A stretch of DNA of 24,106 nt, from contig JACQJU010000051.1 of the NCBI GenBank assembly GCA_016204905.1, positions 1 to 24,106 on the forward strand, in the 5' to 3' direction. Positions 1-7,763 of this stretch are shown here, piece by piece. This DNA is from Candidatus Gottesmanbacteria bacterium (GTDB lineage Bacteria; Patescibacteriota; Microgenomatia; 2-02-FULL-39-11). Below the pieces are notes generated by a model. It saw only the letters and a program-made list of their open reading frames with translations. It had not been told where the DNA came from and ran no database searches. Within the stretch, counting starts at the first letter, position 1. Every line of letters begins with the position of its first letter. A program made the position numbers and the translations under genes.

Positions 1-183
1 GAAAATCATTTCTAAGGTGGCAGAGAGGTTATTAATTCATCAATTTATAATTTAGCATTCATAATTCATAATTAATTATCTCCCCGCCGCCTTAGATTCA
101 AAGGCAATCGGCGCGATTGATCCAATTAGCTTCTTATTATCAAAGAAATTTTGATAACAAGAGACAGAAGGAGGAACATCTTC

Positions 184-303
184 ATGATGTCTTCGAAAAA
201 TATTGTGATTGCAATAATCCTAGTTGCAATCGCAGCTTTTATCGCCAAAGCTCCGATAGAGGTACTGGCGTGCCTCTCTTTGATCGCATGCGGTCAAAGG
301 TAA
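184..303 (+). CDS. Small hydrophobic 39-aa peptide MMSSKNIVIAIILVAIAAFIAKAPIEVLACLSLIACGQR (not in ORF track)
   Basis: AAGGAGGAA at 168-176, ATG 184, TAA 301-303; one TM-like helix. Confidence 0.55.
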   Translation: MMSSKNIVIAIILVAIAAFIAKAPIEVLACLSLIACGQR

Positions 304-334
304 ATATCGGGCGATTCGCTCAAGGAGGCGGAAA

Positions 335-505
335 ATGAATAGTACGAACAATGCACCAAAAAAAGATCCCATCGTTTGGATCTTAGCAATCACAAGCATA
401 GTTCTTAGCATAGCCACAATTATGATTGTTCAACACAAACCAATCGGCGATGCCTTAATCATAATAGGATGCTTTCTCAATCAACAGCATCCGCTATGCT
501 CATAA
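335..505 (+). CDS. Small hydrophobic 56-aa peptide MNSTNNAPKKDPIVWILAITSIVLSIATIMIVQHKPIGDALIIIGCFLNQQHPLCS (not in ORF track)
   Basis: AAGGAGG at 322-328, ATG 335, TAA 503-505; TM-like helix. Confidence 0.6.
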   Translation: MNSTNNAPKKDPIVWILAITSIVLSIATIMIVQHKPIGDALIIIGCFLNQQHPLCS

Positions 506-642
506 AGGCAGAAAGGAAAAGAAGCTATGTTCACCATCAGAATCACGAGGATCGCAGGTTCACTTCTGCCGGAACTCTGGCAGAGAAACTAAGACAAGGC
601 TTGCCCCCTTGCCGATTACAATTTCGCTAAAGGAGGCGAAAA

Positions 643-1008
643 ATGAAACGCTGGATTTTTCTTCTCATCCTTCTAGGGGTACTATTGATAGCGATTGCAT
701 CGTTTATCCTTTTTCCCCAAGAAGTATCAGAGGGTTTGATACGGGTGGGAAAATTGCTCGGTGGAACTGAACTGACAGAACAAATCTCACCACCGACTAA
801 CACACCGGCGAATGGAATCTATTTACCCCGTCTAAGGTGTAATGCAACAGCAAATGGACCGTCCGTCGACGTAGCGGTCAATGATTATGCTGCATATGTT
901 ACATACTGGCGAGATGATAATCGCCGAGTCACATATAGGATTCCTATCTTGCAGTACCAAAAAGGAGAAAACATTTATTGGAGTGACAAATGCACACTCC
1001 CTAAATGA
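643..1008 (+). CDS. Hypothetical N-terminally anchored/secreted protein, 121 aa
   Basis: Strong SD AAAGGAGG before ATG 643; MKRW plus a hydrophobic helix; two Cys in the C-terminal domain. Confidence 0.75.
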   Translation: MKRWIFLLILLGVLLIAIASFILFPQEVSEGLIRVGKLLGGTELTEQISPPTNTPANGIYLPRLRCNATANGPSVDVAVNDYAAYVTYWRDDNRRVTYRIPILQYQKGENIYWSDKCTLPK

Positions 1009-1018
1009 GCTTTCAGGT

Positions 1019-1175
1019 GATGGTGGACAGACTGGGCCACGACTGACTCGTCTAGAGTCACTCTCAACCCAGCTGTCCATTATCTTTGAGTACACCTTAA
1101 AGGTGTACTAGACCTGCCCGCAAAGCTCTCGCTTGCGAGGCAGGCGGGTAGGACACCTGCCTGCCGGCAGGCAAG
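1019..1175. repeat. Cluster of four consecutive hairpins/palindromes between convergent genes
   Basis: 17-bp stem 1019-1036/1068-1084 with inner hairpin 1044-1060; AGTACACCT/AGGTGTACT 1089-1109; CCTGCCCGC/GCGGGTAGG 1113-1152; TGCCTGCCGGCAGGCA 1158-1173. Confidence 0.85.
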
Positions 1176-1185
1176 CCTCTGGCAT

Positions 1186-1587
1186 TTATAGTAGATTTTT
1201 CGGATCAAAGAAGCGCAAGTGAGGAATTTTGGCAAAATCTTTTTTATTACGGGTTGCTAATTCGCCGTCTAAATATAAACAAGTTGAGGCAATTATAAGA
1301 TCAGCAAAGCTCGCTTCCTGCACATATGTCTTTCTTCGAAGTATTCTGCCTAAAACCTCTGCAATATTGTAAGTAAAATCTTGAAAGTGAAAAAGCGCTA
1401 AGTATTTTTTCGATCTTTCCGCGCTTATTTTTATTTCCTCTTCCTGAGTAGTAAGATACTCCGCTACGACAACAGTTGGTACTATTGCTATATAATTATT
1501 CCGATCTTTCAAGATTTCATTTATCCAAGGAGCAAGCCGATGTGCATGATCAATAAGGACATCTGTATCCAATACAACAGTTCTCAC
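1186..1587 (-). CDS. vapC: PIN-domain (VapC-family) ribonuclease toxin, 133 aa; start revised to GTG 1587
   Basis: VVLDTDVLID...VVAEY...DLIIAST...LATRNKKDF PIN motifs; GTGA overlap with the antitoxin stop. Confidence 0.88.
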   Translation of the reverse strand: MRTVVLDTDVLIDHAHRLAPWINEILKDRNNYIAIVPTVVVAEYLTTQEEEIKISAERSKKYLALFHFQDFTYNIAEVLGRILRRKTYVQEASFADLIIASTCLYLDGELATRNKKDFAKIPHLRFFDPKNLL

Positions 1588-1877
1588 CGAATGATCCCTT
1601 TCGAAAGATTCTCTAGGTACTTCCTCTCTTTCTTTTTCCATGCAGGAGTCTCTATGACCGACCAATATTTTCTCTTTTTTGATTTAGCATAGATTTTTTG
1701 TACATCCGCAATAATCTTATCTATCTCTTCAGGAGATTTTTTCTTTTCTCCAGGAATCAGCCTCACAGTCCCTTTTCCTTCTTTTTCTATGGTAAATTCT
1801 TCTCCTTTGTAAATAGTTCTATCCAGAAGCTCAAAAAACCTATTTCTAGCCTCAGTAGCAGAGAGTGTAGTGTTCAT
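1584..1877 (-). CDS. Phd/YefM-family antitoxin, 97 aa
   Basis: LSATEARNRFFELLD...FTIEK N-terminal motif; directly upstream of and coupled to the PIN gene. Confidence 0.88.
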   Translation of the reverse strand: MNTTLSATEARNRFFELLDRTIYKGEEFTIEKEGKGTVRLIPGEKKKSPEEIDKIIADVQKIYAKSKKRKYWSVIETPAWKKKERKYLENLSKGIIR

Positions 1878-1898
1878 AGCCTATCACGTTTGACGTGA

Positions 1899-1934
1899 TG
1901 TACACAGTGTACACTCTGTACACTCAATTGTCAA
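1899..1934 (-). promoter_or_regulatory. sigma70-type promoter of the TA operon with three TGTACA operator-like boxes
   Basis: TTGACA (1934-1929), 17 bp, TACACT (1911-1906); TGTACAC at 1899, 1908 and 1917. Confidence 0.75.
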
Positions 1935-2000
1935 CCGCGACCCAGCCTCCATTATCTTTTTTTATAGGGAAATAGTTTCTCAGAAGATTTTTACTATTTA

Positions 2001-2085
2001 ACTAACTGTCTAATTGTCTAATTAACTAATTATCTAAGTAATTAATTTCAACTAATTTCAACCAATTCCAACTGATTCCAACCGC
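2001..2085. repeat. Low-complexity CTAA/CCAA-rich repeat arm downstream of rpmB
   Basis: CTAATTGTCTAATTAACTAA at 2010-2029 is identical to 23569-23588. Confidence 0.75.
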
Positions 2086-2086
2086 C

Positions 2087-2503
2087 TTATCTCTTCCCCA
2101 CCAATTCTTCTATCTTTATCTGTTCTTCTGCCTTCTTTTTTGCTTCTACTTTTACTACTTTCTCTACATCTACTCTTTCTTTTTCTACTTTCTTCATGAT
2201 CTCTTCTACTTTCTTGGCTTCTCTATCTATATGCTTCTTACTTGGTGGGGTTGCTATCGGTACAACAGCCGCCACAGCCAGAGCAGGAGTAAAACTAAAT
2301 CTCATATAATCCCCTATTTCCCCAAACTTTTTCAAACGGTGTATACAACTCGAGCAGAACTTCACCCTTATTCTGATCCCATGTTTGAGCACAAATAACT
2401 TCTGTAGATTGGCCCGAAAAAGTCTAGCCGTCCTATTTTTGGCATGCGAAGCCTGGTGTCCCATCACACTTCCTCTACCACAATTTTCACATTTTGCTGC
2501 CAT
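2087..2503 (-). CDS. rpmB: 50S ribosomal protein L28 (Cys-containing form) with long C-terminal extension, 138 aa; start revised to ATG 2503
   Basis: MAAKCENCGRG...GHQASHAKNRTARLFRANLQ...KFCSSC; GAGAGGA upstream of ATG 2503. Confidence 0.92.
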   Translation of the reverse strand: MAAKCENCGRGSVMGHQASHAKNRTARLFRANLQKLFVLKHGIRIRVKFCSSCIHRLKKFGEIGDYMRFSFTPALAVAAVVPIATPPSKKHIDREAKKVEEIMKKVEKERVDVEKVVKVEAKKKAEEQIKIEELVGKR

Positions 2504-2548
2504 ATATATCCTCTCAAATAATTGGTATAATATAGCATAATTAACAAG

Positions 2549-2679
2549 AAATTCCAATTACCAAGCACCAAATTACAAACAAATCATAAATCCCAAACAC
2601 CAAATGCTAAACAGATCTGAAAATTCGAATTTGAAAAATTGGAAATTATTTGGAATTTGGAATTTGTAGCTTGGAATTT
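2549..2679. repeat. Period-7 imperfect inverted-repeat element
   Basis: C/A-rich left arm and G/T-rich right arm; closing stem AAATTCCAA 2549-2557 / TTGGAATTT 2671-2679; GGAATTT repeats. Confidence 0.75.
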
Positions 2680-2687
2680 TCTATTAT

Positions 2688-3341
2688 ATGATCTCAAACC
2701 TTATCAGCAACCCTCTCTCATTTATCATCTATATCGCCGCCCTTTTAGTCGCCATCACCATCCACGAGTTCTCCCATGCCTATATGGCCGATCGGCTCGG
2801 TGACCCTACTCCCAAACTTATGGGTAGAATCACCTTCAACCCTTTGGCCCATCTAGACGTTTTGGGCACACTGATGCTTGTACTAGTAGGCTTTGGTTGG
2901 GGCAAACCCGTCCAATTCGACCCATTCAATCTCCGCCATCCCAAAAAAGATTCTGCACTTATTTCTCTTGCCGGTCCAGCTTCTAACCTGATACTAGCAT
3001 CCATACTCTCACTTATATTACGTGTCGCTTCTCCAATTGGTCTAATTAGTCCAATTAGTCTAATTGAAAGCATACTCGAACCATTCATTTACCTAAACGT
3101 CCTTCTGGCTATTTTCAATCTTATCCCGATCCACCCGCTGGATGGTTTTAAAGTCGTCGGCGGCCTACTTCCCAAACATTATTATGATTCCTGGGTACAA
3201 CTAGAAAGATATGGCCTTCTGTTTCTTATCATTCTTTTGTTTCCCATCTTTGGCACTTCCCCAATTATTTCCATCATCAGCCCAATAGTGAATTTAATTT
3301 TAGGTATTTTAATTCCAGGAGGAAGTGGAGGAATTACATAG
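2688..3341 (+). CDS. Site-2 protease family M50 membrane zinc metalloprotease
   Basis: HEFSH (HExxH), GWGKPV, AGPASNL and NLIPIHPLDG motifs; multiple TM helices. Confidence 0.95.
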   Translation: MISNLISNPLSFIIYIAALLVAITIHEFSHAYMADRLGDPTPKLMGRITFNPLAHLDVLGTLMLVLVGFGWGKPVQFDPFNLRHPKKDSALISLAGPASNLILASILSLILRVASPIGLISPISLIESILEPFIYLNVLLAIFNLIPIHPLDGFKVVGGLLPKHYYDSWVQLERYGLLFLIILLFPIFGTSPIISIISPIVNLILGILIPGGSGGIT

Positions 3342-3438
3342 AATTTCTAATTAACCTAATTGATCTAATTTCTAAAAAATAACCAAATTTAGAAATTGGG
3401 ATTTGTTTAGGTCAATTAGAAATTAGAAATTAGAAATT
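3342..3438. repeat. Period-7 imperfect inverted-repeat element
   Basis: AATTTCTAATT 3342-3352 pairs with AATTAGAAATT 3428-3438; AATTAGA x3 at 3414-3434. Confidence 0.75.
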
Positions 3439-3443
3439 TCTCT

Positions 3444-6155
3444 ATGTACTACCAAAAAAGTATTGCTGAAATTTTAAAAGAACTTCAAACTCACCCCAAC
3501 ACTGGGCTCACTTTCCCCGAAGCCGAAAAGAGACTCAAGAAATATGGCCCCAACATCCTACCCTCCAAAAAACCACCGTCACTTATCTGGAAATTTCTTT
3601 CTCAGTTCAAATCCTTTTTAGTCATCCTACTTCTTGCCGCCACCGCTCTCTCTGCTTTTTTGGGCGACTTTTTAGATGCCATTGCTATCTTTGCTATTGT
3701 TATACTAAACGCAGCAGTTGGCACTCTACAAGAACTAAAAGCAGAAAGAACACTATCGCAATTAGAACAATTAGACCTACCTGAATCATTAGTCTTAAGA
3801 GACGGTCATTTAGAAAAAGTACCCACCGACCAAATAGTTTTAGGAGATATTATTATTTTAGAAGAAGGCGTCAAAATACCCGCCGATGGCCGGATTATCG
3901 AAAATTTTTCTTTATCTATCGATGAAAGCATACTCACCGGAGAATCCCAGACCACTAACAAAATAACCGGCGAGCTTACTACTGATAATATTCCCCTAGG
4001 TGATCAAAAAAATATGATTTTCAAAGATACCCAAGTGGTTTCTGGACGAGGCAAAGCAGTAGTTGTTGCCACTGGATCATCTACCGAAATAGGCAAAATC
4101 GCCTTGAGTCTCGAGGAGGCGCCGGATGAATTATCCCCCTTGTCTGAAGAATTAGATAGAGTAGGCAAAATGCTTACAGGAGCCGTTATTGCTATTGCTA
4201 TTGTCATCTTTATCATTACTTCAATAAGAGGTGTAAAACTTATCGATAGGATCCTGATTGCTGTAGCTCTATCAGTAGCAGCCATTCCCGAAGGACTTCC
4301 AGCCATTGCTACTATCACTCTTGCCCTTGGTGTCGAAAGGCTAGCCAAGAAAAAAACTGTCACCAAAAAGTTAACAGCCGTAGAAACACTCGGTGCTGTG
4401 AAAATCATCGCTACCGATAAAACAGGCACCATCACCGAAAATAAGATGAATGTCACCGATATCGTCACTGCCGATGGAAAACACTTTCAAATAGAGGCAG
4501 AGGGTTACAAAACCAAAGGCACTTTCTTTTCTGACCAAAAACCCATCATCCCTCAAGAATTTAAACAAATTTATGAACTCCTAGAATGTGCTATTTTAGC
4601 CAACAATGCTTTTGTCAAGCTTCAACAAGTTCAGCTTGACACTGAGCAAGGTCGAAGTGTCAAGAAAAAAGATGACACTTTTGAGATTGTCGGCGACACC
4701 ACCGAAGCAGCCTTGCTTATAGCCGGAGAGCGAGCAGGTCTGCCAACTGATAAAATCAAATCCCAAAATAGCCGCATTTTTGAAATGCCTTTTTCCGCAG
4801 ATCGCAAAATGATGAGCGTTGTCGTCAAAATCGATGACACCGATGATGTTTTCATTTTTGTCAAAGGAGCACCTGAGATAGTCATGAACCAAACTACTTT
4901 ATCTTCTCTAGAGAAAACTAAATTTGCCAGAATAGTCAATAACTTAGCCTCCAAAGGACTCCGTACTTTGGCCCTGGGGAGACGTAAACTCAGCAAAAAG
5001 GAGGTCAAGGATGTTTTGGAAAATAACCATTTACCAGAAGACAATCTAGAATTTTTAGGCATTATGGGAGCCAGAGATACACTCCGTCTGGATATTAAAG
5101 ATGCCCTCTTACGGGCAAAATCTGCCGGAATAAAAACCATCATGATTACCGGAGATCATATCAGCACGGCCATATCTATAGGCCTGGAAAGCGGTATTAT
5201 AGAAAAAGGAAATCAAGCCATCGCCGAAAAAGATTTTGAAGATTTGTCTAGAATTCAAATTGCCCACCTCATCAAAACCGATAAATATCGTATTTTTGCC
5301 CGAGTCTCCCCACTGGGCAAACTGAAACTCATTGAGTCGATCAAACTTCTCCCCGCTACCCGTGTCGCAGTCACCGGAGATGGCGTCAATGACGCTCCAG
5401 CACTAAAAGTAGCTCATGTGGGACTAGCTATGGGGTCGGGCACTGATATCGCTCGTGAAGTCTCAGACATGGTTATAACCGATGACAATTATTCAACTAT
5501 CATTGAAGCCATCAAAGAAGGCAGGATCATCTTTGCCAATCTCATCAAATTTATCAGATACCTCATCTCCTGTAATCTGGCCGAAATAGTGGTAGTAACC
5601 CTTGCTGTAATATTTGGCACCCCACTTCCTCTTATCCCCATCCAGCTTCTCTGGATCAATCTCATCACCGATGGTCTTCCTGCCCTTGCCCTCGGCAATG
5701 ATCCGCCTGAATATGACGTGATGCTCAAACCTCCCAGAGCCGGCAATACGCTGCTTCACAAAAGGAGATGGACATTTATGTTCACCGAAGGACTAGTCAT
5801 GGGCATCTCTGTTTTTATGCTCTATCTTTTTTCTCTCTTACGTTATGATCTTCTTACCGCCCAAACTATAGCCTTTACTACTCTTTGTATCACCCAACTC
5901 ATCCATGCTTTATCCAACCGAAGCACCAGAACCTCTTTATTTATATTGGGATTTTTCAGCAACAAGCATCTTATTTATGCCATCATCTTTTCTTTCTTTT
6001 TACAGGTCCTAGTCATCTACACCAACTTTGGCCAAATTATATTTAAAACTGTCACCCTGAACTTTTATCACTGGATAGCTATTATGCTCGTATCGTTTAT
6101 ACCTTTCTTCTTCGTCGAGCTAAAAAAATTAGGCCTCAAACAACTGAAAATATAG
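3444..6155 (+). CDS. P-type cation-transporting ATPase, P2A (Ca2+-ATPase-like), 903 aa
   Basis: TGES, PEGLP, DKTGTITEN, KGAPE, MITGD, TGDGVNDAPAL and LLWINLITDGLPALAL motifs. Confidence 0.96.
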   Translation: MYYQKSIAEILKELQTHPNTGLTFPEAEKRLKKYGPNILPSKKPPSLIWKFLSQFKSFLVILLLAATALSAFLGDFLDAIAIFAIVILNAAVGTLQELKAERTLSQLEQLDLPESLVLRDGHLEKVPTDQIVLGDIIILEEGVKIPADGRIIENFSLSIDESILTGESQTTNKITGELTTDNIPLGDQKNMIFKDTQVVSGRGKAVVVATGSSTEIGKIALSLEEAPDELSPLSEELDRVGKMLTGAVIAIAIVIFIITSIRGVKLIDRILIAVALSVAAIPEGLPAIATITLALGVERLAKKKTVTKKLTAVETLGAVKIIATDKTGTITENKMNVTDIVTADGKHFQIEAEGYKTKGTFFSDQKPIIPQEFKQIYELLECAILANNAFVKLQQVQLDTEQGRSVKKKDDTFEIVGDTTEAALLIAGERAGLPTDKIKSQNSRIFEMPFSADRKMMSVVVKIDDTDDVFIFVKGAPEIVMNQTTLSSLEKTKFARIVNNLASKGLRTLALGRRKLSKKEVKDVLENNHLPEDNLEFLGIMGARDTLRLDIKDALLRAKSAGIKTIMITGDHISTAISIGLESGIIEKGNQAIAEKDFEDLSRIQIAHLIKTDKYRIFARVSPLGKLKLIESIKLLPATRVAVTGDGVNDAPALKVAHVGLAMGSGTDIAREVSDMVITDDNYSTIIEAIKEGRIIFANLIKFIRYLISCNLAEIVVVTLAVIFGTPLPLIPIQLLWINLITDGLPALALGNDPPEYDVMLKPPRAGNTLLHKRRWTFMFTEGLVMGISVFMLYLFSLLRYDLLTAQTIAFTTLCITQLIHALSNRSTRTSLFILGFFSNKHLIYAIIFSFFLQVLVIYTNFGQIIFKTVTLNFYHWIAIMLVSFIPFFFVELKKLGLKQLKI

Positions 6156-6171
6156 AATCCTATTCTTTTCT

Positions 6172-6312
6172 TCACTCATCAAACCTGCTGAATAAAGAAA
6201 AGAAGAGAAAGATAATTGGTAAGACATCGCGGGCGCGAAAAGACGAGAGTACCACTCGCAATATCGAAAAAATCATCCTTCTCCCCTGGTCCTGGTTATT
6301 TGCTTGCAGCAT
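6172..6312 (-). CDS. Possible 46-aa hydrophobic peptide MLQANNQDQGRRMIFSILRVVLSSFRARDVLPIIFLFFSLFSRFDE
   Basis: GAGGT 5 nt before ATG 6312, just after the stop of 6325..6540; TGA 6174-6172. Confidence 0.3.
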   Translation of the reverse strand: MLQANNQDQGRRMIFSILRVVLSSFRARDVLPIIFLFFSLFSRFDE

Positions 6313-6324
6313 ACCGTACCTCAA

Positions 6325-6540
6325 TTACGTCGTGATGCCTCCATAACTCCGATTGTAGGCCTCAATCATTGCTCGAACCCGACGCAATTCCACGCTTACT
6401 CTTGGCACCATCTTTGGAGCCTGACCGCGAAGAGACATAAGCTGCCGCTCTAAATCATACAGCTCACTCACGCCGCCTTTCAAGGTCTGTATGATTATGT
6501 CGAAATTCTGCCTCGCCTCTTGCTCATCAAGTGTCTGCAT
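6325..6540 (-). CDS. Hypothetical helical protein, 71 aa
   Basis: Perfect SD AAAGGAGGTGA upstream of ATG 6540. Confidence 0.7.
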   Translation of the reverse strand: MQTLDEQEARQNFDIIIQTLKGGVSELYDLERQLMSLRGQAPKMVPRVSVELRRVRAMIEAYNRSYGGITT

Positions 6541-6582
6541 ATGGTCTCACCTCCTTTCCCTCTTATTCGAATATTGGACGAC

Positions 6583-6972
6583 TCAATTGCCACCTTGTTG
6601 ATAGGCTCTCATCAGCGCTGTCTTACTGATGAATTCCATAACCGCCGCGTAGAGATCGCGATATGCTTTCTGGGGGTTGTCGGATGATAGCTGTTCGTCA
6701 AATCCTGCCTGACAACCAAACGTGCTGGCAATCAACCATAGATTTGCCCACGCATTCCTCGCGGCTCCCATGTGAGTATCAGTTAAATGTCTCGGAATTT
6801 CCGCAATAGCCGCAAGTGCACGTACCAGCGCACTCATACGCTCAAATTCTTGAGCTTCAAAAGAATTTGACGCATGCGCTGACTCTTGCAACAACTCATC
6901 TGCCAAAGTTGACAGTTGAGTAGGTAAATCGTCTACTTTGCCTCTGACAATATCTCCCGCTCCATAACTCAT
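6583..6972 (-). CDS. Hypothetical helical protein, 129 aa; start revised to ATG 6972
   Basis: AAAGGAGTGAG 6 nt before ATG 6972 (MSYGAGD...). Confidence 0.7.
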   Translation of the reverse strand: MSYGAGDIVRGKVDDLPTQLSTLADELLQESAHASNSFEAQEFERMSALVRALAAIAEIPRHLTDTHMGAARNAWANLWLIASTFGCQAGFDEQLSSDNPQKAYRDLYAAVMEFISKTALMRAYQQGGN

Positions 6973-7202
6973 TATGTTCTCACTCCTTTCGTATCCAGGA
7001 CCACACGCCCGTGATGATAAACTCATCACGAATGTGTGAACCAGGAGTAGAAAGAAAGTAAGTAAACCAGGACTGTAAATGTGCGATGAGAATCTTTTAA
7101 ATCCCGCAATTGAAGAAGAAAAATTCTCAACACCAACAGAAATCTTGCCTCTTATTTGGTAAAACGCTATTTGTCTCGCCTAGAATACAAGATTAATACT
7201 AT

Positions 7203-7231
7203 AGACTACTACAAACCTATTACTTTATCAA
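7203..7231 (-). promoter_or_regulatory. Putative promoter for the orphan island
   Basis: TTGATA (7231-7226), 17 bp, TAGTCT (7208-7203). Confidence 0.4.
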
Positions 7232-7242
7232 ATTTTCTCATC

Positions 7243-7271
7243 TTGACTTACTTCAATCATTTCCCTAAACT
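7243..7271 (+). promoter_or_regulatory. Putative promoter of the TrpR-like gene
   Basis: TTGACT 7243-7248, 17 bp, TAAACT 7266-7271. Confidence 0.6.
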
Positions 7272-7272
7272 A

Positions 7273-7298
7273 TAGTTAAATGTTTTAAAACATTTTCT
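7273..7298 (+). repeat. 26-bp direct repeat, copy 1, with 16-bp palindrome AATGTTTTAAAACATT (operator-like)
   Basis: 25/26 identical to 7764-7789. Confidence 0.9.
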
Positions 7299-7312
7299 CT
7301 AAATATATCAAA

Positions 7313-7759
7313 ATGTCTCAGGTTTCTCGACGTATAATCAAGAAGAATATCGCCCAAAAAATTGACAAACTATTATTGGATTCACTAAATATTAGTTCCC
7401 ATGGAAAGATGAGTTCCGAATTTCTCGACGATTTACTCACTCCCACAGAAAAAATTATGCTCACTAAAAGATTAGCTATAGCCTATTTACTGCTTAAAGG
7501 TTATCCTTATCAGGTCATTAACCAAACACTTAAAGTAAGTAATCCCACTATCAGAACTATAGCGTTAATACTCCAATACAAAGGCAGAGGCCTAAGGTAT
7601 ACGATAGATAAATTATTAAAGGTAGAAAAATGGCGAAATTTCTTTGAAGAGTTGGGAGATCTTGCCGTAGAACTTGTAGGTATGGCTCCCGGGAGCAATT
7701 GGAAGTCGACTAAGTCTTATCTCCATCGCAGAGAAATTCTAAAACAATCCCCTCTTTAA
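7313..7759 (+). CDS. TrpR/YerC-YecD-like helix-turn-helix protein, 148 aa
   Basis: FLDDLLTPTEKIMLTKRLAIAYLLLKGYPYQVINQTLKVSNPTI matches the Trp-repressor-like HTH pattern. Confidence 0.85.
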   Translation: MSQVSRRIIKKNIAQKIDKLLLDSLNISSHGKMSSEFLDDLLTPTEKIMLTKRLAIAYLLLKGYPYQVINQTLKVSNPTIRTIALILQYKGRGLRYTIDKLLKVEKWRNFFEELGDLAVELVGMAPGSNWKSTKSYLHRREILKQSPL

Positions 7760-7763
7760 CATC

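Noticed and set aside
117-417. Track ORFs 117..338 (+) and 220..417 (-)
   Set aside because: No RBS; they overlap two better-supported SD-led ORFs (184..303, 335..505)
527-592. 21-aa ORF MFTIRITRIAGSLLPELWQRN after AAAGGAAAAG
   Set aside because: Too short, with a weak and distant SD; cannot be supported
832-1111. ORFs 832..1095 (-) and 881..1111 (+)
   Set aside because: Shadow frames over the 121-aa gene and the hairpin cluster
2780-5759. Antisense ORFs inside the M50 protease and ATPase genes
   Set aside because: Opposite-strand shadows of well-supported genes, with no motifs
6287-7003. 9-bp inverted repeat CCAGGACCA around the orphan ORFs as possible element ends
   Set aside because: Too short; no target duplication or transposase; compatible with chance
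7036-7150. Hydrophobic minus-strand frame upstream of 6972
   Set aside because: No clear start; hydrophobicity is explained by the purine-rich plus strand
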